From assembly GCA_965287045.1 (NCBI GenBank), contig OZ336877.1, positions 53,816,001 to 53,880,000 of the forward strand: a DNA stretch of 64,000 nt. Direction: 5' to 3'. The stretch comes from Carcharhinus amblyrhynchos (taxonomy: Eukaryota). The notes below the pieces were generated by a model. It saw only the letters and a list, made by a program, of their open reading frames with translations, searched no databases and had not been told where the DNA came from. The position numbers were made by a program, and so were the translations under genes. Shown one piece after another: positions 1 to 12,024 of this stretch. Within the stretch, counting starts at the first letter, position 1. Every line of letters begins with the position of its first letter.

Positions 1-329
1 ATAAATTAATTTCCGTGTTTTTATAATTTTCTAATCTCACGCTGTTGCATTCAGTAACTAGTCCAACATATTGGACAAGGTTTTAAGATATCACCAGGGT
101 GATGGTGGGTGGGTGAGGCTGAAGAATTTTAGCTGGAATAGATCACCTCTTCCATCAATGAGTGATCCATGTCTGTCCATATGTTTCACTGTCCACCTCT
201 AAGGACCCTTGCTTTCCATTACCATCTCTGCCTTCTTTACAGTGTCACCAACAAAGATTGGAAGCTCACGTGTCAATATTTGCATGATATTAAAAAGTAA
301 AACAAGTTAACATTTAGAGGTGGAATAAA

Positions 330-1760
330 CTTCAGTCACTTCTAATGCTCCCTTGAGGCCTCAGATGAATTGAGGCAACCTTCTCACTTGTCTCTGCCTG
401 CAGAGGACCTATTGTTTTGGATGTGCCATTGGAGTATCATCCAAGGGCTACACCAGCCACAATGCAGGACAGCCTATGTATCTGAACTCAGTGGCATTGA
501 TGGTCTCTCAGTTAGAGGGTCCAAGAAGCCCAATGATGATGATATTGCTCCATGACTGCTAGCACCATAAACCTCCTTGGTGATTGACTCAGTCCATGGA
601 TGGCATTCTGGCTGACTTGAGGGGAATAGCAGCTGGGGCCAAATTGTATCTCGTCCAAACATCTCTGTGCCATCAGCAGCACTGATCTGCCAAGACCACA
701 GAATTTGGCATGCATTCTGTACTCCCAGTGTGCCTTTCCTGAATCTACTCAGAATGCTATTGCATGTGGATCTTCATGAGGTAGACCAGTCTCTCAATGA
801 AGGTACTCATGTTCAAAACCCTGAATTAGGTCATGCACGTAAGATGATTAGATTCCTCCATTCTCAACCCATAAACATGTATTTATTCTGGGAACTCTGA
901 CATGTGGGAACATATGTGTGCTGTTGTTCTAAGTAGAATCTTCAATCCACGTGACTCCTGAGGCTCCACATCAGCAGCCAGCTGAGCAAGGCTGTTTTAG
1001 TCCTCCATCTTCAAAAGAGACAGCCATGGGTGCCTCATCACCTTTCAGTCATTCCTGCTATTTGATGGGGAGGAGTATGATCCACTCCTTCTCCTCTCCA
1101 CCATGAATGCCGATCTCACCTTCTCTGTCTTGGTCGTGAGACTCACCTGACAAACTCTGTGGTCATTCAGAAGAGCAGATGGAACACACTTTCTCCTGGC
1201 ATCGCTTTCTCAGGCATCCTAAGCTCCTTTTTTCCTGCCAGGAAAAAGTGATTAGGCACCGATGGCCTCTGTAACCAATACCAGTATCTCATTGACATAG
1301 GAAGCTGCATGTATCAGCTCTGAAAAGTGCTCAATACTGCTGGGCTCTGAAACTTGTAGAATCAGAAGGTACACTGGGCATGTTTCATGTTCAAGAGCAA
1401 TATCTGCTCTCGGGCTCCTTAGCCAGTTTGTCTGCTGGAGGTTGAGTACCTAGAGGCATGTCATGAAGGCCTTGCGTTGCACTTACCTTGTTCAAGCAGC
1501 TAAACGGACTGAACCTTTTCTGGCTCTGAACCTCATTCCTGCTGACCACATTTCAGCTGCAAATGTTTTCAGCATCTCAATACTTGGTTGAGTGGGTGGA
1601 CTTCCCCACTCTCCCTCATTGCATCAAGAGGGACTTCCACGCCAGTGTCGACAAAGTGGTTGGCAGTCCTGCCTCAGATTTCAGTCCTCTGCCTTTCATC
1701 TTCCATCAGAGCTGTTTCAATTCCCAGTCATGGTGTGCTGAAATTGAGCCTGCACTTATG
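330..1760 (-). mobile_element. Decayed PIF/Harbinger-type element, Myb/SANT-like gene relic
   Basis: The minus strand from ~1705 reads MEDERQR..RTANHFVDTGVEVPLDAMRE...RNEVQSQKRF..NK followed by donor gtaagt, then an acceptor before EKR at ~1230. It contains stops and frameshifts and has the same layout as the relics at 29.7 kb and 59 kb. Confidence 0.55.
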
Positions 1761-1974
1761 CAGCTCAGTGTCCATTTTGTCTGATTATATAAACACTTAC
1801 TGTTCAACTGAAAATATCATGAAACGAAGATGAATGTTAAAGTTGCCAGTTTATACAAATTATTTTCATTCTGCAAATTATTTTAATTTGTTGCCAGTGA
1901 TGACACTCTTTAATCCTGTCAAACTATCAGTCTTCATAAATGCTGCTAACTGGAGCAATGCAAAAATATGTTAT

Positions 1975-2335
1975 CACAAGCCCTCCTGATGATTCAGTGC
2001 ATAAGCATGGCCTGTGTTCTGAGGCTTGAAAAGCAGGATTAATCCCTGTTCTGTTAGCTGACCTGAACAGAGATAAATGTAAGAAGATTTTCATTGGCTT
2101 CACTGCTATTCCCTCAGTAGGGAAAGAAAAAGATCAGACAGGATTCCCATTTCTCAGTGCTATCCCGGATGGAAAAGGTGCACGTGTGATCATCCTGTGA
2201 ACATAAGATCAGGCTGTATTGTGATACCCACACAGCATAAATAACCTTCATTATGAATTCACTCATGAAGAATGGCCTTTGTAGCGAGACAATGAGGACT
2301 GCAGCATCCTATAGAACCGAATCGCAACATGATTC
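1975..2335 (+). mobile_element. Old SINE-like interspersed repeat (family not named)
   Basis: Shares collinear blocks (gttagctgacct, agggaaagaaaaagatcag, gatcaggctgtattgtgat) with copies at 21.6-21.9 kb (-), 25.2-25.5 kb (+), 41.35 kb (+) and 61.7 kb (-). Confidence 0.55.
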
Positions 2336-2492
2336 ACTATTTTCAAGTGAAGTGACTCCGAATCATAAAACTAACTTTGTATATTATCCTTTTGAAAAGA
2401 AAACCTTGGAGCGATGTCAAGGCAACAGAAATTCAACCTTGCTGTGTGGTTTCTGATGTTAGCCCGATTGATAAGATTGCTACATTTTTAAT

Positions 2493-2565
2493 TGTTGCTA
2501 GGTAACAATTGTTTAACATACACTTGTCGTCACTCTGAGATTATCTCATCGTTGCCTAGGGAAAA
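2493..2565. promoter_or_regulatory. Candidate RFX X-box pair
   Basis: GTTGCT-A-GGTAAC at ~2494-2506 sits inside the near-palindrome AATTGTT..AACAATT, with a second GTTGCC-TA-GGGAAA at 2551-2564. Motif match only. Confidence 0.35.
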
Positions 2566-2959
2566 ACTTCACTTCCAACATCATTTAGTATTCACAATTC
2601 ACCTGGGCAACAATGGGCATTACTGTTTCAATCAATTTATATATTTCCTCTGAAAATGTTTTCACCTCCTCAGGAATAAGTTTAGTCAGGTCTCCACTCC
2701 CACTAGTATTTTTTCTGAACTCAGCCCTCGATGTTTGTGGGATGCAATAAAAACTGAGCCAGATTTTCATTCCCTGATCGTGCCATTGCGATGAAATGTG
2801 GTTCGGAATCAATCACAGGAATCTTGAGGAGATTTTGAAGTGTTGGGTGGAATTCATAGAGGGGAGAACCAATTGGACCGCCCAAAGCTTTGGGCAGCCT
2901 GCAACCCCATCGGGAGAGTTGGCATTGCCAGTGTAATTAGGAAACTGGAGAGCACCTCA

Positions 2960-3482
2960 AGATTTGTTTTGATTTTATTTGATTTATTGTTGTCACATGT
3001 ATTGGTATACAATGAAAAGTATTGTTTCTTGCGCATTGTACAAAGCATACCATTCATAGAACATATAGGGGAGAAGGAAAGGAGAAGGTGCAAAATGTAG
3101 TGTTACAGTCGTAGCTAGGGTGTAGAGAAAGATCAACTTGCTATAAAAGTAGGTCCATTCAAAAGTCTGATGGCAGCAGGGTAGAAGCTGTTCTTGAGTT
3201 GGTTGGTATGAGATCTCAGACTTTTGTTCTTTTTCTTGACTGAAGAAGGTGGAAGGGAGCATGCCCAGGGTGTGTAGAGTCTTTGATTATGCTGGCTGCT
3301 TTGTCGAGGCAGCAGGAAGTGCAGACAGAGCTAATGGATGGGAGGCAAGTTAGCATGATGGACTGGGCTACATTCACAATCCATTGTGGTTTCTTGGGTC
3401 TTGGACAGAGTAGAGCTACACCAAGCTGTGATATCTCCAGAAAGGATGCTTTCTATGGTGCATCTGTAAAAATTGGTGAAGG
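2960..3482 (-). mobile_element. Rex1/Babar-like non-LTR retrotransposon 3' fragment
   Basis: There is an (AAATC)n-like tail at ~2960-2985. The body (aagctgttcttgag...tctttgattatgctggctgcttt) resembles the reverse of Rex1-type 3' ends recalled from fish and shark genomes. Confidence 0.6.
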
Positions 3483-4549
3483 AGACAGCCTCTGAAAACT
3501 ATTAAAAGCTTAAAAGTAAAAGGTAACCACAACTGTCAGGCCTTCATCGTGGAAGTGAAATTGCGCCACAAGATGACTTGTGACTGTAGTTCTGACCCTC
3601 TGGCAATGTCGCTACTGGGTGGGTGTGAGGGAATAGGAAAATTAAAAGTGATTTTGCTAGCTCCGTGGTTTATTATCTTAGGGAGTTGCCTCCATTCATC
3701 TGTTGGATTCGGCCTCAGACAGAAGCCTGCCACGTAGAAAATTCCAGATGGCATCTGATAGGCTGAATTTTCATGGATGAGAGGGTAGGACCAAAGGAGG
3801 ACGTGCTGGCAATTTTACGCTATCAGCTGGCATGCCAGTCTGCCCGTATGTTCCCACCATTGGTATATTTTCATTCAGGGTGCGTGGGCAGTGCTATCCA
3901 CCTGACAGAGGCAGTTTGTCAATTCAAGCAATTGAAATGTTTAGAGGGCATTCATCAAAGGCTGTCTGGAAGAGAATTCAGGTTAGTGATGGGAATGGAA
4001 TATTTTCTGTTTTATTTAACTCAGTATCATAATGAAACATGCCCTAGTTAGAATCAGTACAAATCTAATAACACATGACTTCTGCACAATTTGTTCAGCC
4101 TCAAGGACTGTAATTTCTTTCTTAGTGTACAGAAAGCTGAACAATACATTCTGTTCAGACTTGTGTACGTGATTTAAGTTAAATGAGAACAGTTTTCATT
4201 CACAATCATTTATTAAGAAGTTGGTCATTGCAATTTCACACATGATGTATTTTCTGTCTCAACTGGGTTATCAGTCAAGGTGCTTTTATGTTTCAAAAGC
4301 TGCAGCTGACAGCAAACTTGTGGTTCTGTTGACATTAGCTACAGTTGGAAACAAACTGTTCAAATTGCCTTGTTCTAGTGGTGGTGGAGACGTACTTTTT
4401 TTGAGTTCATCAGGTTGTCTTGTAAGCTTCAGTTCTGCCCATTGCTTGATGAGAAATATAGAGATGGAAGTTCCTGCTGTCCAAATCCAACAATGTAATA
4501 TAAAGGCGCTTATGGAGGCTACATAGTTCTGCAAAGAGTGTAATCAAAA

Positions 4550-5545
4550 TCAACATTAACAACTTGTTTTTAATTACACCTTTAGTGCAGTAAAATATAG
4601 AAAGTCACTTCACAGAAACATGACCCAAGCAGAAACCATAAGCTTGGTCAACGATCTAGTTGTTAAGGAGCATCTTAAAGGAGGAGGCTGAGTTGGAGAG
4701 GTGAAGAGATCTGTGGATGGAAATCCAAAATTTTAAAATTTTGGCAGCTGATGGGCACTAGTCATGCAATAATCAAAATCCGAGATGCTCAAGAAGCAAA
4801 AATTAGGGTTGGGTCGGACTGGAGGAGATTACAGGAATGCAGAAGGGCAAAGCCAGGAAGGGATTTGTAAACAAGATTGAGAATTATTAGATCAAGGCAT
4901 TGCTTAACCAGGAGCCCAATGTAGATCAATGATAGGTATATGGGACTTTATGAGTTAGAATGCAGGCTGCAGAGAATGGTTACAGCACAGGAGGAGGCCA
5001 TTTGGACCATCACATGGATCCTGCTGACCCTCAAATGAAACAGTTCAGCTAGTGGCACTGCCTTGTCATTTCTCTGGAGCCCTGCAAATCTTTCCTTTTC
5101 AGGTAATGTTCTAATTCCTTTTTCAAATCTTCAATTGATCTTGCCACCATCTCACTCTCAGGCAGTGCATTCCAGATTCTACCAATATACTGTGTGAAAA
5201 AGTTTTCCTTCCTAGTGCCATTACTTCTTTTGCCAACGACCTTTTATCTCTGTATCTTTTATATCTGTGGTGTCTGGTTCTCGATTCCTTCACCAATGAG
5301 AATAGTTTCTCCCCATCTACTCTATCCAGACCTATCTTGGTTTTGAATAGCTCAGAAGGTAGATTGGGGAAACTAGCTTGGAGTGCATTGGAGTAGTCAA
5401 ATCTAGAGGTAATAAAGGCATGAATGAGGGTTTCAGCAGCAGATGAGTTGAGGCAGATGTGGAGTCATGCACTATTACAGAGGTAGCAAAAAGTTGTCTT
5501 AGTAATGGCATAGATATGAGGTCAGAAGATCATGTCAAATATGTC
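4550..5545 (-). mobile_element. L2-like LINE 3' fragment, interrupted by a CR1 3' end
   Basis: The minus strand at ~5385-5430 encodes LIHAFITSRFDYSNAL, a typical L2 ORF2 C-terminal motif. L2-like sequence continues at 4550-4970. Confidence 0.7.
4972..5352 (-). mobile_element. Old CR1 3' fragment nested in the L2
   Basis: Contains acagcacaggaggaggccatt (reverse of the CR1 3' stem-loop) and agtgcattccagatt...tgtgtgaaaaagtt (reverse of the FFTQ..V..WNAL motif). Confidence 0.7.
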
Positions 5546-6454
5546 AGTTACCAGGGAGGAGGAAAATCAAGGGCAACCACATAAAACAATCTGATATGAA
5601 TCACATGTTTGGAGGTTTCTGGTCTTTTTGCCTTTGGAAGGCATCCAGTGCAGAATGGTTTCAAGATTAAAAAGGAAAGGAGTAGCAAAGCAGAGCATGT
5701 AAAATACGTTATTAAATATCGGCATAAGTTTCAGCTTAACATAATATTCAATTGTTTTGTACAAAATTCCAGTGTTATTGCTACTTTAAAAGGAAATCTT
5801 CAGGTAGGATATATTCCAAGAAGAATTAGGAATAGTTTTCTCCAAAAGCTATATGAATATCCAATAATTTGATCATTAGGATCACTTTATATCTGTATAG
5901 AAATTTATTTGCCACATTGCAAACCTTTTAGCTGTTATCTACTTTTTCTTTCTTCCTAAGAAATGCTTTCCAAGTAGATAAAACTCTATGTGCAGAGCAT
6001 ATTTTTATAAGCGTGGACAAGTCAGGGAGGCTGGGGGTGGGGGGCAGATTGTTTGGGGATGTGAGAAGGTTTTGGGGACCTGTGAAGGACGTGACAGGGC
6101 TGTGAGGAAATCATGGGCTGTGGAGAACCTTGGGAGAGCCCACCCAGTCATGGGCAGGAGGGAGGTAGGGTCCAGTTACTGGGGAGGTTAACAAATTAAC
6201 TTGGGGTGCAGAGGGAAAGCAGGGTGCTCCTCCTGGGCCACAAGAAGTGCTGCAAAACACTAATCGTTTGCATTCAGCATCTTTCACTTTCTTTTAGCAC
6301 CAAGTTTCCTGAGGCCTGAAAAATAATAGCCAACAAGTGTTACAGCTGAAACACAGAAAAAGTCTGAGGCACGAAGCCTCATTAAAATATTTAAATTAGT
6401 GATCCACCCTGGCAATGGTTTGTTTTCCCCCCTGACTCTCACCTCTGTTAAAAC

Positions 6455-7078
6455 GCACTACTGAGTAGGGTGGTGGAGGCAGGCACGTTGGACTTGTTTA
6501 AGGTTTACTTAGATAGACACATGAGCGAAACAAGGATGGAGGGTTATAGTAGGGGGTATTAAATAGGGTCAGAGCCTCGGTAGACACCGGAAATGCAGAC
6601 TTATATGTTAACGTTTTTGTCTTTTTATTCCGCAGGTGGCGGTCCACCTTGTTGTCAAACAAGGGGCATGCACACGGTGGGTCGTGCGTGGGCTGCTCTT
6701 GGAGGTTCCGGGAGTGGCCTAGTACTTCGTGTCGGTGTGTGTGCTTGATCCTGGACCGGAAGATGGGCGCCGCAACAGCTCAGTGACTAGCACTGCTAGC
6801 TGTGCAGATACATGGATTTGGGCCTGTGTCTGTAGGAGTTTGTGCATTCTCCCTGTGGTTGCGTGGGTTTCCTCCGGGCGCTCCGGTTTCCTCCCACACC
6901 CCAAAGATGTGCTCTTAGGCTGATTGGTATATCAAATTGACACTATTCTCCCCTGAATCTGGCTAAGTTAGGGGTTCCACTCGCATACACGCAGGGCAGG
7001 GTAGGTGTAGGAGGATGCGGCAGTGTGGGCTCGTTGGGCCGAAGGGCCTGTTTCCCGTGCTGGGTTGTTCTTTGTTCT
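6455..7078 (+). mobile_element. Young 5'-truncated CR1 with an extended 3' region containing a V-SINE-like block
   Basis: TSD TTAAAAC at 6448-6454 and 7079-7085. Intact ORF2 C-terminus (N)ALLSRVVEAGTLDLFKVYLDRHMSETRMEGYSRGY* with TAA at 6560-6562. SINE-like block from 6765. CR1-type end gggccgaagggcctgtttcc followed by (TTGTTCT)n. Confidence 0.8.
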
Positions 7079-7639
7079 TTAAAACCAGAAATTTGTCGAC
7101 GATAGTTCTGCTCTGCTTTTAAATATTCACTCTCCCAGAAAACGGAAATGTGGGGGTAAAGTTGGTCCATGCCAGAAGCATGAGGCAGGTTCATTGTAAA
7201 TGGACAGCTAATAATTCATTACATCTTTCCACTGACATTCACAGAAAGATGGTTCAAACACTTTTTGGAGACTCATTTCCTTGTCTCACTGTAACTTTCA
7301 GTTAATTGTTGAATTAAACATTTTGGCAATATTTTTGAGGTCAGTGGAAAATAAAACCTGGCACAGTGTATGTCAGACTCCGAGTTTGCTGTGAACCCAT
7401 TTCACACTGCTGACATCGACTTATTTTACTAGTTTTCCTTCATATTCAAATGGATAAGGGTTGGAGAGTTCAGAAAAAAATATCTTTTGCTATAAAGCTC
7501 TTCAATATTTCAACAGTTATTTGAACTGCTGCTGCCCCTGGTGCTTGCAAGTATTCAGTGGTAGATGACTGGGTCTTATTTTATCATCAGCGTGAATGAG
7601 AGTGGCTGGTAGAGAAGCCTTCACATGAAATTCTGCAGA

Positions 7640-8105
7640 GTGACTTTTTTAAGAATGCTAATTGGTAGACAATCCAAATGAACCTTTATAAAACACTTAC
7701 TTGGCCTCAACTGGAGTATTGTATCCATCCTGGGGGCCACATTTATGAAAAATATGAAGGGATGCAGATTAAAGAGGGTGCAAGAAAATATTACAAGAAT
7801 GGGAGAAGGGTTGAGAACCTAAGACCAATTTAAGTTGATTGGCAAAAGAACCAAAGGCAAAATGAGGAAAATGTTTTTAAGCAGTGACTGTTTTGGATCT
7901 CGAATGCACTATTTGAGAGTGGTGGAGGAAGGATCAATTGTGGCCGACAAAGGAGAATTGAATAATTATCTGAAGAGAAGCCATTTGAAGTGTTACAGGA
8001 AAAAGGCAGGGAAGAAGGAATAGCTAAGTTGTCCTTGCAGGGAACTAGCATAGAAACAATAGACTGAATGGCCTCCCTCTCTACTGCAACCATTCCATGA
8101 TGCAA
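7640..8105 (+). mobile_element. Decayed CR1 3' fragment
   Basis: cctcaactggagtattgtatcc (PQLEYC motif) and a degenerate CR1 3' end (gactgaatggcctccctct). Confidence 0.7.
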
Positions 8106-9030
8106 TATTTCTGTAAGCTTCAATGCTTCTGTTTTGTTTGATCCTTATGACAGAAAAGCTCAAAGCTTTTATTTCAAAACCCTTAGGGACCGGAGAATCG
8201 ACACAGTACAGAATTATTTCATCTCAATGCAGATATTTAATGTGGATCATCTGGAAAACTAGTTTTATTATTGATTACAATCAAAACAATGTATTTGTAT
8301 TTGAAATTGTAAACTTTTAAAGTAGACAGCCTATGTTATACTAAAAAACTATTAACTGCATCTTAGCTTGCATTTGTATTTTTGTGATCAAAGTTAAAAT
8401 CTATTCAACAGTAAGGCTATCATTTGTAGGGTTCGTGTGTTGCTGTACTATGCAGGACACATCATCTCTACAGGATGTGAAAGGGTTCATTGATACTTAA
8501 AGTCAGTAAAACTGCAATCCAGCCTTTCCTTGGCTAGTGAAAGGGATATTCAAACAAATGTGGTTTATTTCAGTCGGATCTTGTGTGTGATCCTGAGTAT
8601 AAGAGAGAAGGCGTGAAGGAACTTCCTGTTCCAATGAATTGGCAGACCTTCGAGGGAAACAGCTCAACTGTTTTGACTCCCGCAATAGAATATTGACAGC
8701 TGTTTTTTCTGACGGTTTGCCAAAAGATCTGCTTCTGAATAAGCTCATTGGTTGATTATGATCTGACACACATTTCCGTGAAGAATCCATTAATGAGGTT
8801 GGATTTCATCCCTGGTGACAGTATCTACAGTCAAATTCTGCACCATAGCTGGTGTCAATCTGGCAAGTTTCTGGGACTTTGATGACAATAATGCCATATC
8901 TTTGTTACATGGGTATAGAGAAGGCAGACATCATTTTTTGTATGTTACAATTCTTTGTTGTCCTAGATTCTTTCTATCTTGTTACGGAGGTGATCTGTGT
9001 CTTGCTGATTTGCCAAGAGGTGTGCAGTTC

Positions 9031-9347
9031 ATAGAATCCCGACAGTACAGAAGGAGGCCATTCGACCTGTCAGGCCTGCACCAACAGCAATCCCACCCAG
9101 ATCCTATCGCCGTAAACCACTATTTATCCTGTTAATCTCCCTGACTTTAAGGGGCAATTTATCATGGCCAATCAACCTAACCACTGCATTTTTGGAGTGT
9201 GAAAAGAAACAGGAGCAACCGGAGAAAACCCATGCAGACACAAAACGAATGTGCAAACTCCACACAGACAGTCATCCAAGGCCAGAATTGAACCAGGTCC
9301 CTGGCGCTTTGAGGCACAGTGCAAGCCATTGTGCCACCATGCTGCCC
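9031..9347 (-). mobile_element. HE1/V-SINE-type SINE
   Basis: tRNA-like head (gggcagcatggtggcacaatgg...ggttcaatt), V-domain (gtgtggagtttgcac...gggttttctccggttgctcc) and CR1-type tail. Confidence 0.88.
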
Positions 9348-9356
9348 AAAATAAAC

Positions 9357-9429
9357 CTCCCCCCATCAGGGAATTGAATCCTGGTCTCCACATGACAGGC
9401 AGGGATACTAACCACTATACTAATACAGG
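9357..9429 (-). pseudogene. tRNA-Asp(GTC) pseudogene
   Basis: The reverse complement cctgtattagtatagtggttagtatccctgcctGTCatgtggagaccaggattcaattccctgatggggggag aligns to vertebrate tRNA-Asp. The anticodon is at 9394-9396. Differences are mostly CpG decay, and the acceptor stem and B-box are damaged. Confidence 0.85.
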
Positions 9430-11423
9430 CGCCATTCATTAGGACCATGTTTCTTCTAGACGTGCCCTTGTGTAGAAACTATTGTTTACCTTGCTGAGAG
9501 ACAGAGGTGACGATTACAAATTAAATTCACATATTAAGTTTGTCTTTTTGAGACCACTATTTCAGTGCATCAACTTTGTAGGGACAAATATGTAAAGTGG
9601 ATTAATTGCAGTAGCCCAGTGAAGAACTGTACTATAAAGTACTACAAATCAACGAGTTTGAGGATGCAAACTCTGTGCTCAATGCTAAAGTTCTTTAGAT
9701 GTATAATCCTGAAGCACTCTTCTAGAAAGAATATGGATATGCTTATAAAAGGTAATTCCTTGAATGTTCCTTAAAAATAATTTATTTTTAGTCTAACTCT
9801 CTAAAAGGTTCAAAACTCATTGGATAGTTTTTAATGCATATACTTGGAGCTAAACTATGAACATCTAATTGTCATGTTGTCATGAATGTTGAACTTTCCA
9901 AAATGCTTACACTTTGAAATGTCCCTGCATACCTAAAGTGGAAAAAAATTCTGGAAAGACTATAATTGGAAGTCGTGATAAATGCCTCAATTTGGAGAAG
10001 TGCCTTATGATTTTAGGTAACCATTGGGGATGAGAGCTGAGAAGGGATAAAAAGTCAAGTAAAACCTATTGACATGTTGAGTTGTAGTTCTTAGCACCTC
10101 TCACAGGAAGGCCACAACTCTGAGGAAAATCTGTTGCTGAGAAGCAAGGAGAAAAGAATTGGAGCACTTCTCAGAACAGGTCTTCTTTGTTCTGTAAGAA
10201 ATGGGGAGCTCAGGGTGGCAATTGGGGTGGTCAGTGGGGGGAATAGTGGGAGATCTCTCAGTATATTGGGTACACTAGCGAGTAACATGACATCTCCTGT
10301 TATATATCTCACTGAAAAAAAATGAGAAAACCTATCAGGGAGTTTCAACATGACATGATGAGGAGAGGTGAACCTCCGCAGGTGAGCTAGGAGTGAATTT
10401 GAGACTGCCCCTTTAATAGTATATATCTGTGAATAGTATGGCATAGAGTAAAACTGTTTATAGGGCATGTTCTGTTTGCATTAGTTGACAGATATGTAGT
10501 ATTAGTTAATGCAAACCTACCTTTTTCTTTGATATAAAAATTACCTCTTAATTAATGTTTGATCTACATTGGTTTTAGTTTGTTACAGTAAAATTCTTAA
10601 AATGTGGAATCTAGTCCTTTGTATATTTTTGTTGGCATTCTGGGACTTTATTTCAAAAGTTAGCAGTCTTTGTGGGGATCATAAAGTAAAAGAAACTAAA
10701 AGCCTACCACTATGGGCAGTTAGAGCACCTTGGGTTTTGATGTAATATGAAATGTGAGAACTATGAATTTGTAATGGAGTCTTTCTACATTGAACTTTAA
10801 GTCTGTTTTGATTACACATCCTAATTGAAACCTAACACCTAGATTGCAAAGAAACAATGTGGCAATTACTTCTGCATTCCACCCAATTTTGTGAGAGAAA
10901 AATGGTTGGAAAGGGCCACCTTTTCCTTTGTATTTAAACTTGTTTAGCAGCAGTTTAAGGAATTATGGCAGAGAGATGCTATGCACGGATTTTATGGCGC
11001 ATCTGGGATTTTTTGCCTGTAGCAACAGAGGAGCGCATCCGTGTTAGAGCAACTAGATGCATATTATAGCATAATGTATATGCAGCATATTTCATATTAT
11101 TCACACCTTAGGTTGTCTGAATTGTCATTGCATTCCTAGCATTGCTAAGTAAATGAGAGAATGTGGAATGAAGCACTTCTACTTAATTGATTGTACTAGG
11201 CAAGCAATATAGTAGTAGGTTTCATAAACTTTGTTTTTGATGGTGTCACAGCTGTTTTCTGTTTTTGCTGCAGTGCTGATGAATGGGATTAGTGATGTAA
11301 AGCGACTACTTTTCTTGCAAGCGCCTCAGGCAGTATTGCCTTCACAGCTACCAAATGGGGATAGATGCTGGTCCACATTGTCACTTGCCTGCAGATAATG
11401 CTTTCACCAACCTGCAATGTTAA

Positions 11424-11695
11424 GTTTAACTTTACTTATTAGTGTCAGAAGTAGGCTTACATTAATACTGCAGTGAAGTTACTGTGAAAATCCCATAGTC
11501 ACTACACTGTTCTGGTACAGTGAGGGAGATTTTAGTAACCTAACCAGCACATCTTTTGAGCTATGGGAGGAAACTGGAACACCTGGAGGAAACCCATGCA
11601 GACACGGGGAGAAACTTCACACAGATAGTGACCCTGGAATTGAACCTGGGTTCCTGGTGCTGTGTGGCAGCAGTAAACACTGTAAACACTGTAAA
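11424..11695 (-). mobile_element. V-SINE-type SINE, alternative-tail subfamily
   Basis: V-domain plus a tail that reads ttcacagtaacttcactgcagtattaatgtaagcctactt...(AAACTT)n on the element strand, different from the CR1-type tail. Confidence 0.85.
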
Positions 11696-12024
11696 AACTA
11701 AACACTGTGTCCCTATGTTCCACTCGCACCATTAGTCTTCTCCCAACAAGTATTCAGAAACACTTTGTTTACTTTGCAAAATTGTAACAATGAACTGAAC
11801 ATGGAAAATTTCCTTTAAGTCAGTATAATCCCCTATCAAACTATAAGATTGTAAATTGCACCTATATAAGTAAATCTGCTTGATGGTTTTTTACAATATT
11901 CCTTCTCATTTCCCCTCACTGTACACAGCCCTGTTTTTTGCAGTGCATTGTCCCTTTTTGTTGCAGTGATGCATGTGTGTATCTTACAGGGACCGCTGCT
12001 TGTGCCAATTTGTCACCAATGCCA

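Noticed and set aside
9357-9429. Functional tRNA-Asp gene
   Set aside because: CpG-type mutations and indels disrupt the acceptor and anticodon stems and the B-box (GGATTCAA).
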